A stretch of 63,726 bases of DNA, counting the filler, from an uncultured archaeon (GTDB taxonomy: Archaea > Nanobdellota > Nanobdellia > Woesearchaeales > CAIVOO01), in assembly GCA_903842985.1 (NCBI GenBank). It is 6 parts of 6 records of this genome, joined end to end, with 100 filler letters (N's around TTAATTAATTAA, not from the genome) between each part and the next. Parts side by side here need not be neighbours in the genome. Positions count along the whole stretch, not along the records: positions 16,628 to 36,570 come from CAIMOB010000047.1; positions 36,671 to 38,702 come from CAIMOB010000048.1; 4 more parts are not named here. One strand, 5' to 3'. The translations under genes and the position numbers were made by a program. Shown piece after piece: positions 26,646-36,709 of this stretch (position 1 is its first letter; each line of letters starts with the position of its first letter). The notes beneath the pieces are model-generated. The model was not told where the DNA came from, did no database searches, and saw only the letters and a list, made by a program, of their open reading frames with translations.

Positions 26646-29414
26646 TTACCAGTCTGTCGCAACCCCTGTCTCGTAAGACCCTCCTGTCGTCGTAGTTGTT
26701 GTTGGCGCTGTCCCGCTAATCTGCTCTGGCTCAACTGCTACAGCAGGAGGCTGTGACAGCTCCCTGCCAGTATTCATTATCTGCGCGCACATTCTCGGGG
26801 TGTACTTTCTTTGCTGATACATTCCATATGACTCAAGTCCTGCCGGAGGCGAAATCCATTCAATGCAGACACAGTCGTAAGGAGTTGATGATAGCTTAGT
26901 TATCATTCTTGAGCTCCTGTGATTGTAAATCCTGTTTGTTGAGTTAAGGAGCACTTCCTGAATTGTTTTTACTGTCATTCCATCCCTGCAGTCCCCTGCA
27001 GCCACCTTGTTGACAAGATTCAGTTCAAAATGCACGTAATCATCTCCAGGCTTGTTGTTCTTCACGAAAACATCAATCCTGTATAAGTTTTCTGAAACAG
27101 TTTTGCCCGATGCATTATAATGCGTAATTGTTGTCTTATCTGCATTTATTGTTGCAATCGAATCATAGCCATTTCCAGAGCCGAGGTCGTATGCGTATGC
27201 TGCATTTGCCGCAGCCTTGGAATCAGTGTACCAATTTCTTGTGGAGCATATCCTGCTCACCCAGCACTGCCTTCCGCCGAAGACGCCGTAAGCCTCCTCG
27301 CAGAAGCTTCTTGAAACTCTTTCATAGGCTGCCTGAATCGCTTTGTCTCCGCCCAGCCACCAGCCGCCCATGACGTCAGCAAATCCCTTGAACCTGTCGA
27401 CGTATTCTGAAGCTTGCATGATAATTGCAGAACCCTGGCTTATGTCAAACCAGAGCATGTTTGACTTTGCACCGTGAAGGTCAGTCATTTGTGTTTTATA
27501 CACGAGATTGCCCGCGCTATCCTTCAATAGCTCACCTGTTTTTGGATCTCTCTCTGCGTTTGTTTCCCCGCCAGTTCCTATGTATTCAACCTTTACAGTT
27601 CCATCTGGATTAATACTGTCCACTTTTGCATAACTGCCGTCTTTCATAGTAACAATATCGCCTACATTAGCGTAGTCTCCTGATGCAGCAAGGGCTTTAG
27701 CGTATGTTTGATCGTCCATTTTAGTATTAATATAGTTTTGATAGTCTTCTTGCGTTTCTAAGGTAGCAATAACCTCTGGCGGAACTCCTGCAGCTTTCAA
27801 TATATTTACTTGATCTGTGAAAATTGCAGTACCTTTATCAACATCATTTCTCACACCTAATGCAAACTCTTGGTTGACAATATCTAACTGCTGCTTTGAT
27901 ATATCCATTTTGTCTTTTTGTGCATTGAAATAATCCTCTACTTTGCCACCATACTCCTTAATTATTTTCTCGGCCAACGCTCTCTCGTCTTCGTTTCCTT
28001 TGAGTTTCATGTTTTCAAGAAATTGCGCATCTGAAACTTCACCTTTCTGTTTTGCTGCAAATTTGGCATAATCCCTCGAAACACCCAATGCAGTTTCATA
28101 TTCTTCTTGATTGTTCTTGACTTCTTGCTCCAGGTTTTTAAGCTTGAGTTCTGCGGTTTCTGCAGGACCTATTTGTGTTTCACCTACTATAGGTGCAGCT
28201 TCTTCTGTAGCAGCAGGCATAGTTGCGGTTTCAGTTGGACCTGCCGCTGTCGACACTTCTGATGATGGTGCTGACGTAGTTGTTATTGGTTGCAGATTTG
28301 CTAGGTTAACACCCGGAGCAACTGCAACTTCTTCTGGTGCAACACCTTTTACAGGTACAGCGACTTCTTCAGCAGGAGCAGGCTGAGAAACTGTTGCAGT
28401 TTCGACTGGCGCAGCAGGTGCTGCTGCGACTTCTGTTTTTGCTATATATTGTGTAAATCCTCCATCAGGCGTAAGGGTCCACTTTAGTTTTGTTTTTTGA
28501 TCAAGAAGCGTATATGTATACTTGCTTCCTTCAATAACTGAATACCCTTCAATTGTATAATCTTGATCATTAAGAGTTATTTCCTTTTCTCCTCCTTTTG
28601 TCATTAAAGTTATGTCAGGCAATGTTTCAATTTGATTCGCTGTCAATTGCTGGGGCGGCTCTGCAGCAGGTGCAGGTAGCGCTTGTTCAACTGGTTGTGG
28701 TACTGCAGCTAAAGCAGCAGTCCCTTTGGGCGCAGTAGGTTTTACTGTTTTATCAGAAAATAAGCTTGTCGAGAGAGGTTTTGCTACATTTGCGACATCG
28801 TATAAAGCGCTTCCCTCCCCAGCTATAAAATCCCCACTTTTGTCTATTACGCCTCTAAATCGTCCTTGGTTATCAATAACATTTCCATAATTATCATAGT
28901 AATATGTAGCGCTTCCTATTATTACAGGAGTTTTACCTGTTATTGGATATGTATATTTGGTAGATAGCGTCTCGCCAGTATTTGTTCCCGCAGAATCGCC
29001 TTTTGATGTTGTTGATGATAACGCTTTTACTTGCGCCAAATCTTCTGCATTAGTTTGAGTTACTCCCCCTCCGTTTTCTGTACGGACCATTGCAGTAGGA
29101 GTACTACCCAATGCAGCATCAAGACCGCCTTTTGCGTACGACATCTTTGATTCTAAAACTGAACAAGTTCCAGTAACACAACCACTGATATACTTTTCAG
29201 CACCTTGTGATATTTGCGGTCCGCATGTTGAAGTAATGCAAATCCAACGTCCATTTTTTGCTTGCCATTGTCCATTAAATCCATTCCCAGAACACGTAGA
29301 TGTTTTAGTTGATTCAAGATATGTACAACTTACTGCCGCTAAAGCTACATTTATATTTAGGGCAAGAACTATCAATAACGCGAAAATTGCCAATGCTGCA
29401 TTTTTCATTTTCAT
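26646..29414 (-). CDS. Large secreted protein (922 aa) with Pro/Ala/Thr linkers, coiled coil and Cys-containing C-terminal domain
   Basis: Signal peptide ending ALA; Cys-rich N-terminus; coiled coil at about aa 420-520; GGRQCWVSRIC. Confidence 0.82.
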   Translation of the reverse strand: MKMKNAALAIFALLIVLALNINVALAAVSCTYLESTKTSTCSGNGFNGQWQAKNGRWICITSTCGPQISQGAEKYISGCVTGTCSVLESKMSYAKGGLDAALGSTPTAMVRTENGGGVTQTNAEDLAQVKALSSTTSKGDSAGTNTGETLSTKYTYPITGKTPVIIGSATYYYDNYGNVIDNQGRFRGVIDKSGDFIAGEGSALYDVANVAKPLSTSLFSDKTVKPTAPKGTAALAAVPQPVEQALPAPAAEPPQQLTANQIETLPDITLMTKGGEKEITLNDQDYTIEGYSVIEGSKYTYTLLDQKTKLKWTLTPDGGFTQYIAKTEVAAAPAAPVETATVSQPAPAEEVAVPVKGVAPEEVAVAPGVNLANLQPITTTSAPSSEVSTAAGPTETATMPAATEEAAPIVGETQIGPAETAELKLKNLEQEVKNNQEEYETALGVSRDYAKFAAKQKGEVSDAQFLENMKLKGNEDERALAEKIIKEYGGKVEDYFNAQKDKMDISKQQLDIVNQEFALGVRNDVDKGTAIFTDQVNILKAAGVPPEVIATLETQEDYQNYINTKMDDQTYAKALAASGDYANVGDIVTMKDGSYAKVDSINPDGTVKVEYIGTGGETNAERDPKTGELLKDSAGNLVYKTQMTDLHGAKSNMLWFDISQGSAIIMQASEYVDRFKGFADVMGGWWLGGDKAIQAAYERVSRSFCEEAYGVFGGRQCWVSRICSTRNWYTDSKAAANAAYAYDLGSGNGYDSIATINADKTTITHYNASGKTVSENLYRIDVFVKNNKPGDDYVHFELNLVNKVAAGDCRDGMTVKTIQEVLLNSTNRIYNHRSSRMITKLSSTPYDCVCIEWISPPAGLESYGMYQQRKYTPRMCAQIMNTGRELSQPPAVAVEPEQISGTAPTTTTTTGGSYETGVATDW

Positions 29415-29417
29415 TTT

Positions 29418-30008
29418 TTATTCCAGCGTGAATTTTTTTATTGCAATTGTCTGGCTTCCAGATACCTCATCTATGATTTCTAAGTTAAGCTGGTATTCGC
29501 CTGTTAAATCGTTTGCTGTTGTATCAAAATAATTTTTTAAATAAACATTTTCAGCATTTTTTTCTACAAACCCGTCTTTTCTAATACCCTGTGCACTTAG
29601 ATTGTATGCTATATTGTCGTCGGGACCTGTCGTCAATATATTCTTTATGAATGAAATCTCCAAGTTACCTTCAACTTTTAATTTGGATAATCCGTTAACG
29701 ACAGCATAGATCCAGATTTTACTTCCTTTTTTGAATTTTCCATTAACATTCTCATCGCAGACATAATTATCATCAATATTATTGCACAGCTTAATTTCAG
29801 TTATTTTAAGTTCGCCTGGAATTATATTTTCTTCTGGCGCAGCTGGAGTTGTCACAGGCGTCGTCGGAGTTACCGGAGCTTCCTGCGTCATCGCCGGCTT
29901 TATTATCAAAAACCAGCTGACAGACAGCCCAACAATTATCAGAATAATAATTATGCCGATGAAGACAAACTTCCCCTTTCCGCTGTTAACTTCCTGCGTG
30001 CTGTTCAT
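29418..30008 (-). CDS. Membrane-anchored beta-sandwich (Ig-like) protein
   Basis: N-terminal TM helix, TP-rich linker, GEYQLNLEIID strand. Confidence 0.78.
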   Translation of the reverse strand: MNSTQEVNSGKGKFVFIGIIIILIIVGLSVSWFLIIKPAMTQEAPVTPTTPVTTPAAPEENIIPGELKITEIKLCNNIDDNYVCDENVNGKFKKGSKIWIYAVVNGLSKLKVEGNLEISFIKNILTTGPDDNIAYNLSAQGIRKDGFVEKNAENVYLKNYFDTTANDLTGEYQLNLEIIDEVSGSQTIAIKKFTLE

Positions 30009-33000
30009 GTTGAATTAGTCAAATCCTCAGTGCCTTCCCCTCTCTGCGGAAATCCCTTCTTTATTCCCCTGCATGAATCATACATTGAATTGCTGTACAT
30101 GTCAGTTATTGATGTTATGCCTTTTATGTCTTTTATCAGTTCGCCAATCATTAAATAGAGCTCATAACCGGCGCAGAGGTGCGATGTGATTTTTCCAACG
30201 AGACTAGAGATATAGCAGGGTAAAACGCAGGTCAGGCCGAGAGTAAGCCCTATTAAGTTAAGCTTTTGTGCAAATACTGACTTTGCTGCACTGCTGATTG
30301 AATCCATAAGATTTACAAAAGGAATAAGCGCAAATGCCTCGCCAACCCAGAACTGGCAGATTTCCTGCCCTTTTGCTGCCTTGCAGACCTGCATCGGAGT
30401 TCCGTCAGGAACAGTCTGCAGGCATTTGTAATATTCGCAGGAAATTGACCTTCCCTTTTCCCAGTTCTCGATTATTCCAGGAATACAGAGCGTTAAAACA
30501 CTCCATATGAGCGTGTTTTGGACAGCAGCATTGGAAGTTGCCTTTTCCCAGTCCGCAGACTCCGCAGCCCCTGTTTTCTGGGACAGCGACTTGAAGTTGA
30601 GCGACCAAACCTGGGTCATTTTTGTAATGACTTTGTTGTATCCAGGGATAAATCCTGCAAGTGTTCTTCTGCAGGAGACAAAGTCGCAGGCATAACTTAC
30701 CATTTGGTAAATTCCTTTTACGCCTTTTGTAACTGTATTTCCGCCGGTGCAAGTAGACACGCTTGTTATTTCCATATTTGCTTTAATAACCTGACCTACA
30801 ACAGGCCAGCCTGCAGCTGCATCACCCACAGTTTCAGAAATCTCGCTAAGGACCCAGAGCAAATTCGCGACAACATTTAATATATTTATAACCATGTTGA
30901 GGGTATTGCACATTGCCTTTACAAACCCGAAAACCATTTTTATTGTGCCCAGCGCCTGCCCCCAGCCAAATATCTGCCACTCTGTCCTCTTCATCTCGTC
31001 TTCAAGTGCCTTGTCTGGCTCGCCAAGATTGGCGTTAAACAAATCTATCTGCAGGGTCAGGTTTAACTTCTGAGGCGGAGGAAGCGTCCCTCTCAATTTT
31101 GATGTTATCTGCAGGACGCATTTCAGCTGCATGCTTTCATCAGGCAGCGGCTGCGATGTCAGGTGGAAAAGAAGCGTGACAGGATAAACATTGCCGGGCG
31201 TAATTGATCTGTCAGAGCCGGGCGCAAGATTGTATCCATACTCATAGTTGTTCATTATCTCCGGCTCGTCCTCAACTATGTTGTTCTTATACTTGCCAAA
31301 GACACAGTTCGTCGCTCTCACTCCAAGAATCCTTGCGCCGTCGTCGCCTGTGTACATTGTTTCAAGCGGGACTGAGAAATAAACAGGATAGCCGGGGTCA
31401 GGCATGACCTGTGCAGTTGCCCTGCTTACAGGTGCAACTGAATTGATTATTCGCCCTCCAGGTATTGTCCAGATGTTGTAGCTTTCATTGCCTGTCTCAA
31501 GAATCTCAACTGTTTCCTTGTGTGACAAAGTGTTGCCGACAAAGTCAGTGAAGTTCAGCGTCATGAAAGTGGTCATTGGCCCGTTCAGTATCGGTCCGAC
31601 CTGCCATTCGCAAACAGCAACCCCTCTTTTGTCGTCGTAGCTGCAGCTTCCTTCTTCAGCTGTTCCCCCTCCGGTAACTCTTGAGAAATCAGCAACAGCT
31701 GTGACAGGAGTGAAATCAGAAACATTTGCAACAACGTAAATCAAATCGCCTGACTTATGATGTTTAACAGGCCCAAGGTCGGTTATAGACATTACAGATA
31801 CGCCTTCGACCTTCGGCGCATCCTTGTCAAGCACAAATGCTCCCTGCGTATCTCCTGTGGCAGCGTTTCCAGCGTCGTCCTGCGAAGGCGCAATCACAGA
31901 GACAGGAAGCGCAACCCCTGTTGCTGTCGCTATTGTGTAGCTGCTTCTCAGCATCAAAGCAATTAATGCATACGCTCCAATGCCCAGGACATTTGATATG
32001 CCTCCACTAATGACTGCTTTAGCAGCAGCCTCTTCCTCAGGCGTCAGCGAGGAGGGTGCAATTGATTTTAATTCATTTTGTATTGCATCAATATTTCCTT
32101 TCCCAACCTGGAACCATCCTTCGCAGAGCCCCTGGTCGCATTTTGCAACCCTCATCTGCTTGCCCTGATAATCAGAATTGAAAGCACCCAAATCCAGGAA
32201 TATGTTGTTGAAGTCAAGCCCCGAGCCAACTTCATTGACTTTTACGTAAAGCTTGTTCCAGCCAGGACCGACATAGCAGACATTTGTGCATTCTGTTCCT
32301 GCGCACCTTTCCCTGCATTTGTCTGTGGTAATTGAAGTGATTTCAGGCTTTGCTGTGTCCAGGTTAAGTGTAACAGGAACTGTCTTTTCCATTACATTTC
32401 CGGCGCTGTCACTTGCTTTGAAAACCAGGTTCTTGGCTCCGCCTGAAAATACATTCATCTTGACTTTCCAGGTGAAAATTTTCATGTCTGGATTGCTTAA
32501 AGGAGGAGCAGCGTAAGGCATATCCTTCAACTGATCCTTGTACTGCTGGATGTCAACAAGCTCAGAAAGGTCCGCCCTCACAGTTGAAAGGGAAAGATTC
32601 CCTGTGTCATTGATAAACGCCTGCACATATGCATCTTCAGCCTGCGTTGAGATATAATCTATTTCAGTTCCTTCTGGCGTATAGTTGAGTTTTGGGTCTG
32701 TTGTTGATTTGCAAACAGGATTGCCTCCTACATTTGAAAAGTCATAAAATTCCTTGCACATGTTCGGCGACCTAAGGATTTTTACATCCTGGACAGTCGG
32801 TGCATCGTTGTCAATGAACATATTCTGGCAGATATAACCTGCATGCTCCAAGTTATCATACGCTATTATACATATTTTCTTGTTGCCTGTGCCTGGGACA
32901 TGGAATGTCTGCACTCCGTTAGGGATATAATTACAGTTGTATGGAGTCTGGTTTACCTGCTTTGTTGCAATTACACCATCATCTGCAATGAACTCAATCC

Positions 33001-33502
33001 TTTTTATGCCAGGGCAGCTTCTGCCCGGAGTTTCGGAAATGCTTGAAGAATCAACAGGATCATGAGTAACCTGGTACGAAACAGTTATGTTGCCTTTTGA
33101 CTGCGAAAATCCTGCAGCTGAAACAGTAACTCTTGGATTTATGCCATCAATGTAAACATAGCCTGTGAAATTCTCATCTCCGGCAGTAACAGTATATTCA
33201 TTTGCGCCAGGCCTCATGCTGTCGCTATCAACAAAATATTTGCAGTCAGTTCCGCCTGTGACGCCTGCAGCGCAGCTTGTGAATGTGTTCTCATTGTTCA
33301 GCTTCACATCAGATGCATTCAGGCCAGTCTTTGAGCTGTGCGCAAGTATGTTCACGCTGTCATATGTTTTCAAAAATCCGTCTACCTTGTCCTCGCCTGT
33401 TGTAGTCACGCTTAGGCTTGCAAGAACATTCGAGGAAATTATTGGGATGGTGATGACTAGGAAAATCATTAGCAATGCTGTTGACCAAAGATATGCTTTC
33501 AT
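30005..33502 (-). CDS. Large (1165 aa) secreted Cys-rich protein with Ig-like repeats and hydrophobic helical C-terminal region
   Basis: Signal peptide; DNDAP/DTAKP/DKDAP Ig junctions; C-terminal LCIPGII..C..C..VC..QEIC motif resembling the 1750-aa protein. Confidence 0.85.
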   Translation of the reverse strand: MKAYLWSTALLMIFLVITIPIISSNVLASLSVTTTGEDKVDGFLKTYDSVNILAHSSKTGLNASDVKLNNENTFTSCAAGVTGGTDCKYFVDSDSMRPGANEYTVTAGDENFTGYVYIDGINPRVTVSAAGFSQSKGNITVSYQVTHDPVDSSSISETPGRSCPGIKRIEFIADDGVIATKQVNQTPYNCNYIPNGVQTFHVPGTGNKKICIIAYDNLEHAGYICQNMFIDNDAPTVQDVKILRSPNMCKEFYDFSNVGGNPVCKSTTDPKLNYTPEGTEIDYISTQAEDAYVQAFINDTGNLSLSTVRADLSELVDIQQYKDQLKDMPYAAPPLSNPDMKIFTWKVKMNVFSGGAKNLVFKASDSAGNVMEKTVPVTLNLDTAKPEITSITTDKCRERCAGTECTNVCYVGPGWNKLYVKVNEVGSGLDFNNIFLDLGAFNSDYQGKQMRVAKCDQGLCEGWFQVGKGNIDAIQNELKSIAPSSLTPEEEAAAKAVISGGISNVLGIGAYALIALMLRSSYTIATATGVALPVSVIAPSQDDAGNAATGDTQGAFVLDKDAPKVEGVSVMSITDLGPVKHHKSGDLIYVVANVSDFTPVTAVADFSRVTGGGTAEEGSCSYDDKRGVAVCEWQVGPILNGPMTTFMTLNFTDFVGNTLSHKETVEILETGNESYNIWTIPGGRIINSVAPVSRATAQVMPDPGYPVYFSVPLETMYTGDDGARILGVRATNCVFGKYKNNIVEDEPEIMNNYEYGYNLAPGSDRSITPGNVYPVTLLFHLTSQPLPDESMQLKCVLQITSKLRGTLPPPQKLNLTLQIDLFNANLGEPDKALEDEMKRTEWQIFGWGQALGTIKMVFGFVKAMCNTLNMVINILNVVANLLWVLSEISETVGDAAAGWPVVGQVIKANMEITSVSTCTGGNTVTKGVKGIYQMVSYACDFVSCRRTLAGFIPGYNKVITKMTQVWSLNFKSLSQKTGAAESADWEKATSNAAVQNTLIWSVLTLCIPGIIENWEKGRSISCEYYKCLQTVPDGTPMQVCKAAKGQEICQFWVGEAFALIPFVNLMDSISSAAKSVFAQKLNLIGLTLGLTCVLPCYISSLVGKITSHLCAGYELYLMIGELIKDIKGITSITDMYSNSMYDSCRGIKKGFPQRGEGTEDLTNST

Positions 33503-35802
33503 TTGAACTCCGGCTCAAGGTAGCCCCGGTACCAGGTAGAGTAGTTTTCCAATTTTCCTGAAATTTCAAGGTCCTTGTGCTTCAATGCAGGCTTTGTTGT
33601 CCCGTCTTCGTTTATCACAAACCCGTCAGGCATGGACAATACATAAAATGTAAGTTTCCCTTTTCTTAAATCTTCCTTTGTCACCCTGAAGTATGTGCTC
33701 TCTGACTCGAACACAAGCCCGCCTCTTGAGAACTGATTAAACTCTAACATTTTCATTGTGGTGCATGTCTCGCTGCCAAACCCAATATAATTATACCAGT
33801 TTGCCTTGTAGCAGAATGCTCTTTTGTCTTCAGGAACAACTACCTTGTGGTTGAGTATTAGGTTAGCATTTACCTTATATCTGCCGGGTGCAAGGTCCAT
33901 TTTTTGGGAAGTATTCCAGTTAAATATATTTGTTGACGTGAAATCGTCTTCGCCTGCCTGCGGGATTCTCTCAAGTATAATAGTTGCTTGTTCGTTAGGG
34001 TCAAGGTTCACAGCATTAGAGTTGAACTGGAACCATCTGACCATGCTTTCAAAACCTGGCCCGCTTCCTTCACGGTAAACACCATAAGCAGCACCCATCA
34101 CAATACCAGGAACTCCCAAAATAGCACCAACACCTAGACCGCTTCTTATCGACTCGCCAAGGACACCTGTCCAGTCACTTTTTTTCTTCACATGCAGCTC
34201 AACTTCCTTCTTTTTTACATTCACAGTGATTGGAACAATCTTGTCAATTGAAGCAGTAACAAACTGCACATCCCCTGGTGCAGTGCTTATCTGCACACCT
34301 TTCATAATATAGCCGTATTCGCTGAACTGCACGATTCCGCCTATGCACTGGGGCAAACTTGCAATCAGCTTGCCTTTTTGAGTTACACCTATCTGGCAGG
34401 TTACGTCTCCGCACCTATAGCTGACAGAGACGTTACTAAGCATATCATCTGTGGCAGAGTCCTTTGCAATTAATGTGAAATTCTTGGTGACTTTCTGCTC
34501 TTCGTTGCAGAGCAGGGAAGCGCCGTATTCGATTGGAGGCAGGGAAAAAGAGTCTGCCTGAAGCGGATGGTTGTCCCTTATGTTTGCTTCAACAGCAAAA
34601 ATGAAATCATAGCCCCTGTTGTTAAATGCTGTCTTGTCTTTAATCTCTGCAACAATAGGGTATGAAATATCATACGCAGCCTCATACCTGTGCATTCCGA
34701 TGAAAGGCAGGAACTTTGATATTGACATTGATTCCGACTTCACTTTTTTCGCGTCGTTTATGTTCATGTAGATAGGCCAGTTAAGGTAGGAGAACGTAAT
34801 CCTTAGGTTTGGAAAACTCTTGTCAGTCGGAATAATAAAATCATCAACATTAAGGCGCTGCCTGACAGGGTCGCCGACCATTACCCTATTATAGTTCTGC
34901 GCGCCGCCAAACTGGAATCTTGGGATTAACGACAGCAGAAGCTGCTGGAAATTCTGCTTCACTGTTGACACCAGCCAGCCAGAAACAGAAGGCTGAATCG
35001 TTGTTTCAATATCATAAATAGGAGGAAGCGCAAATTGGTCAAGTCCTGAGTATAATGCAACGAGCTCTAGCGTTGTCATCTCAAAGAAACGCAGTTCATC
35101 TTCTTGAGAAACAATCTCGCTGGCAAGCGAATGAACATTTTTTAGGTTTACCGAAAGCGGGGCAATATACCTTGTCATCCTCTGCTTGACCCCGTTCTTT
35201 GTAACGTCAATGACATAATTGACTTCAACATAAACAGTTGTCTCGCCGATTGTTGTCTTTGTGCTTACATCGCTAACTTCAGCAACGTCAAAGCTTTCCT
35301 GCTTGAAATTCTGGAATCCCCCAAGGCAGGTTTTTAAATTTTCATTTACATACCTGCTTATCTGCGATTCAAATGAGATTGGGTCGGAGCCTGTCAATGG
35401 AGGTATGTTTTTGGTGATCACGCAGTCGCCTGAACATGTGTTCGGACTGCTGAGATAATACCAGTAGGGCAGCTTCAGCCCGGGAACAAAATACACTGCA
35501 TTTGTTTCTGTCGGATTTGTCATGCTTGCCTTAAACTGAGAAACATCAATGAATCCGCCCTGGCTTCCGAGCTTTCTTATTGCTTTTTCCCCAATCTGCT
35601 CGACGCAGGAAGTGATAAAGTCCTGCACTGGCTTTATCTCTAAAGGAACCTCTTCAACAGCTGTCTTCACTCCAACCGGCATCCCTTGCACCTTGTCTTT
35701 AAGATATATGACCAATGCACTTGAAAATAGCAGTATAACTCCGATTATTATGAATACTGTAATTTGGCCTCTTTTTCCCATTCTCATTGTGCCCTTAAAC
35801 AA
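33499..35802 (-). CDS. Large protein with class III (pilin-type) signal peptide
   Basis: MGKRGQ|ITVFIIIGVILLF; paralog of 23240-25186; extra Gly-rich hydrophobic segment GLGVGAILGVPGIVMGAAYGVY; true start may be the second or third Met. Confidence 0.85.
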   Translation of the reverse strand: MFKGTMRMGKRGQITVFIIIGVILLFSSALVIYLKDKVQGMPVGVKTAVEEVPLEIKPVQDFITSCVEQIGEKAIRKLGSQGGFIDVSQFKASMTNPTETNAVYFVPGLKLPYWYYLSSPNTCSGDCVITKNIPPLTGSDPISFESQISRYVNENLKTCLGGFQNFKQESFDVAEVSDVSTKTTIGETTVYVEVNYVIDVTKNGVKQRMTRYIAPLSVNLKNVHSLASEIVSQEDELRFFEMTTLELVALYSGLDQFALPPIYDIETTIQPSVSGWLVSTVKQNFQQLLLSLIPRFQFGGAQNYNRVMVGDPVRQRLNVDDFIIPTDKSFPNLRITFSYLNWPIYMNINDAKKVKSESMSISKFLPFIGMHRYEAAYDISYPIVAEIKDKTAFNNRGYDFIFAVEANIRDNHPLQADSFSLPPIEYGASLLCNEEQKVTKNFTLIAKDSATDDMLSNVSVSYRCGDVTCQIGVTQKGKLIASLPQCIGGIVQFSEYGYIMKGVQISTAPGDVQFVTASIDKIVPITVNVKKKEVELHVKKKSDWTGVLGESIRSGLGVGAILGVPGIVMGAAYGVYREGSGPGFESMVRWFQFNSNAVNLDPNEQATIILERIPQAGEDDFTSTNIFNWNTSQKMDLAPGRYKVNANLILNHKVVVPEDKRAFCYKANWYNYIGFGSETCTTMKMLEFNQFSRGGLVFESESTYFRVTKEDLRKGKLTFYVLSMPDGFVINEDGTTKPALKHKDLEISGKLENYSTWYRGYLEPEFK

Positions 35803-36570
35803 GTCATCCTATAAAAATCTGATGATATTTCTGAGCATAAATTAGGCATGTCCAGCTTCATTGAAGCGATAATCAGGCACATGTCTTTTTCAGCGCCTTC
35901 CTTTCCGCGGCAGATGTCTAATTGCTGGTCGCCTGTCTTGCCGTTAAGCTCGCTGACCAGATTGTCAGCGTAATACTTGTTCTGCGAATAAAAATCATAG
36001 CCGATGAATATGCCGATTAAAAGCACCAGCGCGATAAACAGTATCATGCACACGACAAATGCCTTGTCGACGAACATCGGCTTCCTCAGCAGGAATGTCT
36101 TTTCGAAAAAGTATTTTTTTTCAGACGCCACATACCATGCGCCAAGAAGATTGATGAAAAGCACAGTTGCAGATGACAAAAGAACCATGTTCCTTGTCGC
36201 GGCAAACTCTGTCCTGAGCGTGACAAGGGAGATGAGCGAATCAAGCACAGCAATTGCGAACCAGGCAAGAGAAAGATAGTATGCAAATTTTTTCCTTAAA
36301 TAAATGCCGCCGATGACAAGTCCGAGAACAATTATTGAGATAATTGTGCACAGCATCGCAGGAACTCCCTGTATAATCTGCCCTGCAAAGAATGCAATCG
36401 GCGCCTTCAGCCCGATAAAAAAATAAACAAGATTGAAAAAGAAAAGCACAGAAAGATAGGCAATCAGCACCTTCATCCCAAGCGGAATAACCCTTCTTGG
36501 CTTGTGAATCTCGTAGACTTTCAGCTTTTTTTGGTAGTTGTGCGAGATATGGCTGACTATATGTTTCTTA
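35784..36570 (-). CDS. Polytopic membrane protein with Cys-containing C-terminal tail, 5'-truncated by the gap
   Basis: About five TM helices; frame stays open up to the gap. Confidence 0.75.
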
Positions 36571-36670
36571 NNNNNNNNNNNNNNNNNNNNNNNNNNNNNN
36601 NNNNNNNNNNNNNNTTAATTAATTAANNNNNNNNNNNNNNNNNNNNNNNNNNNNNNNNNNNNNNNNNNNN
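36571..36670. other. Artificial contig-join spacer
   Basis: N-run + TTAATTAATTAA + N-run. Confidence 0.97.
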
Positions 36671-36709
36671 ATTTTTCTTGCCTCCTTGGTTTGTTTTATT
36701 TTTATTCAC

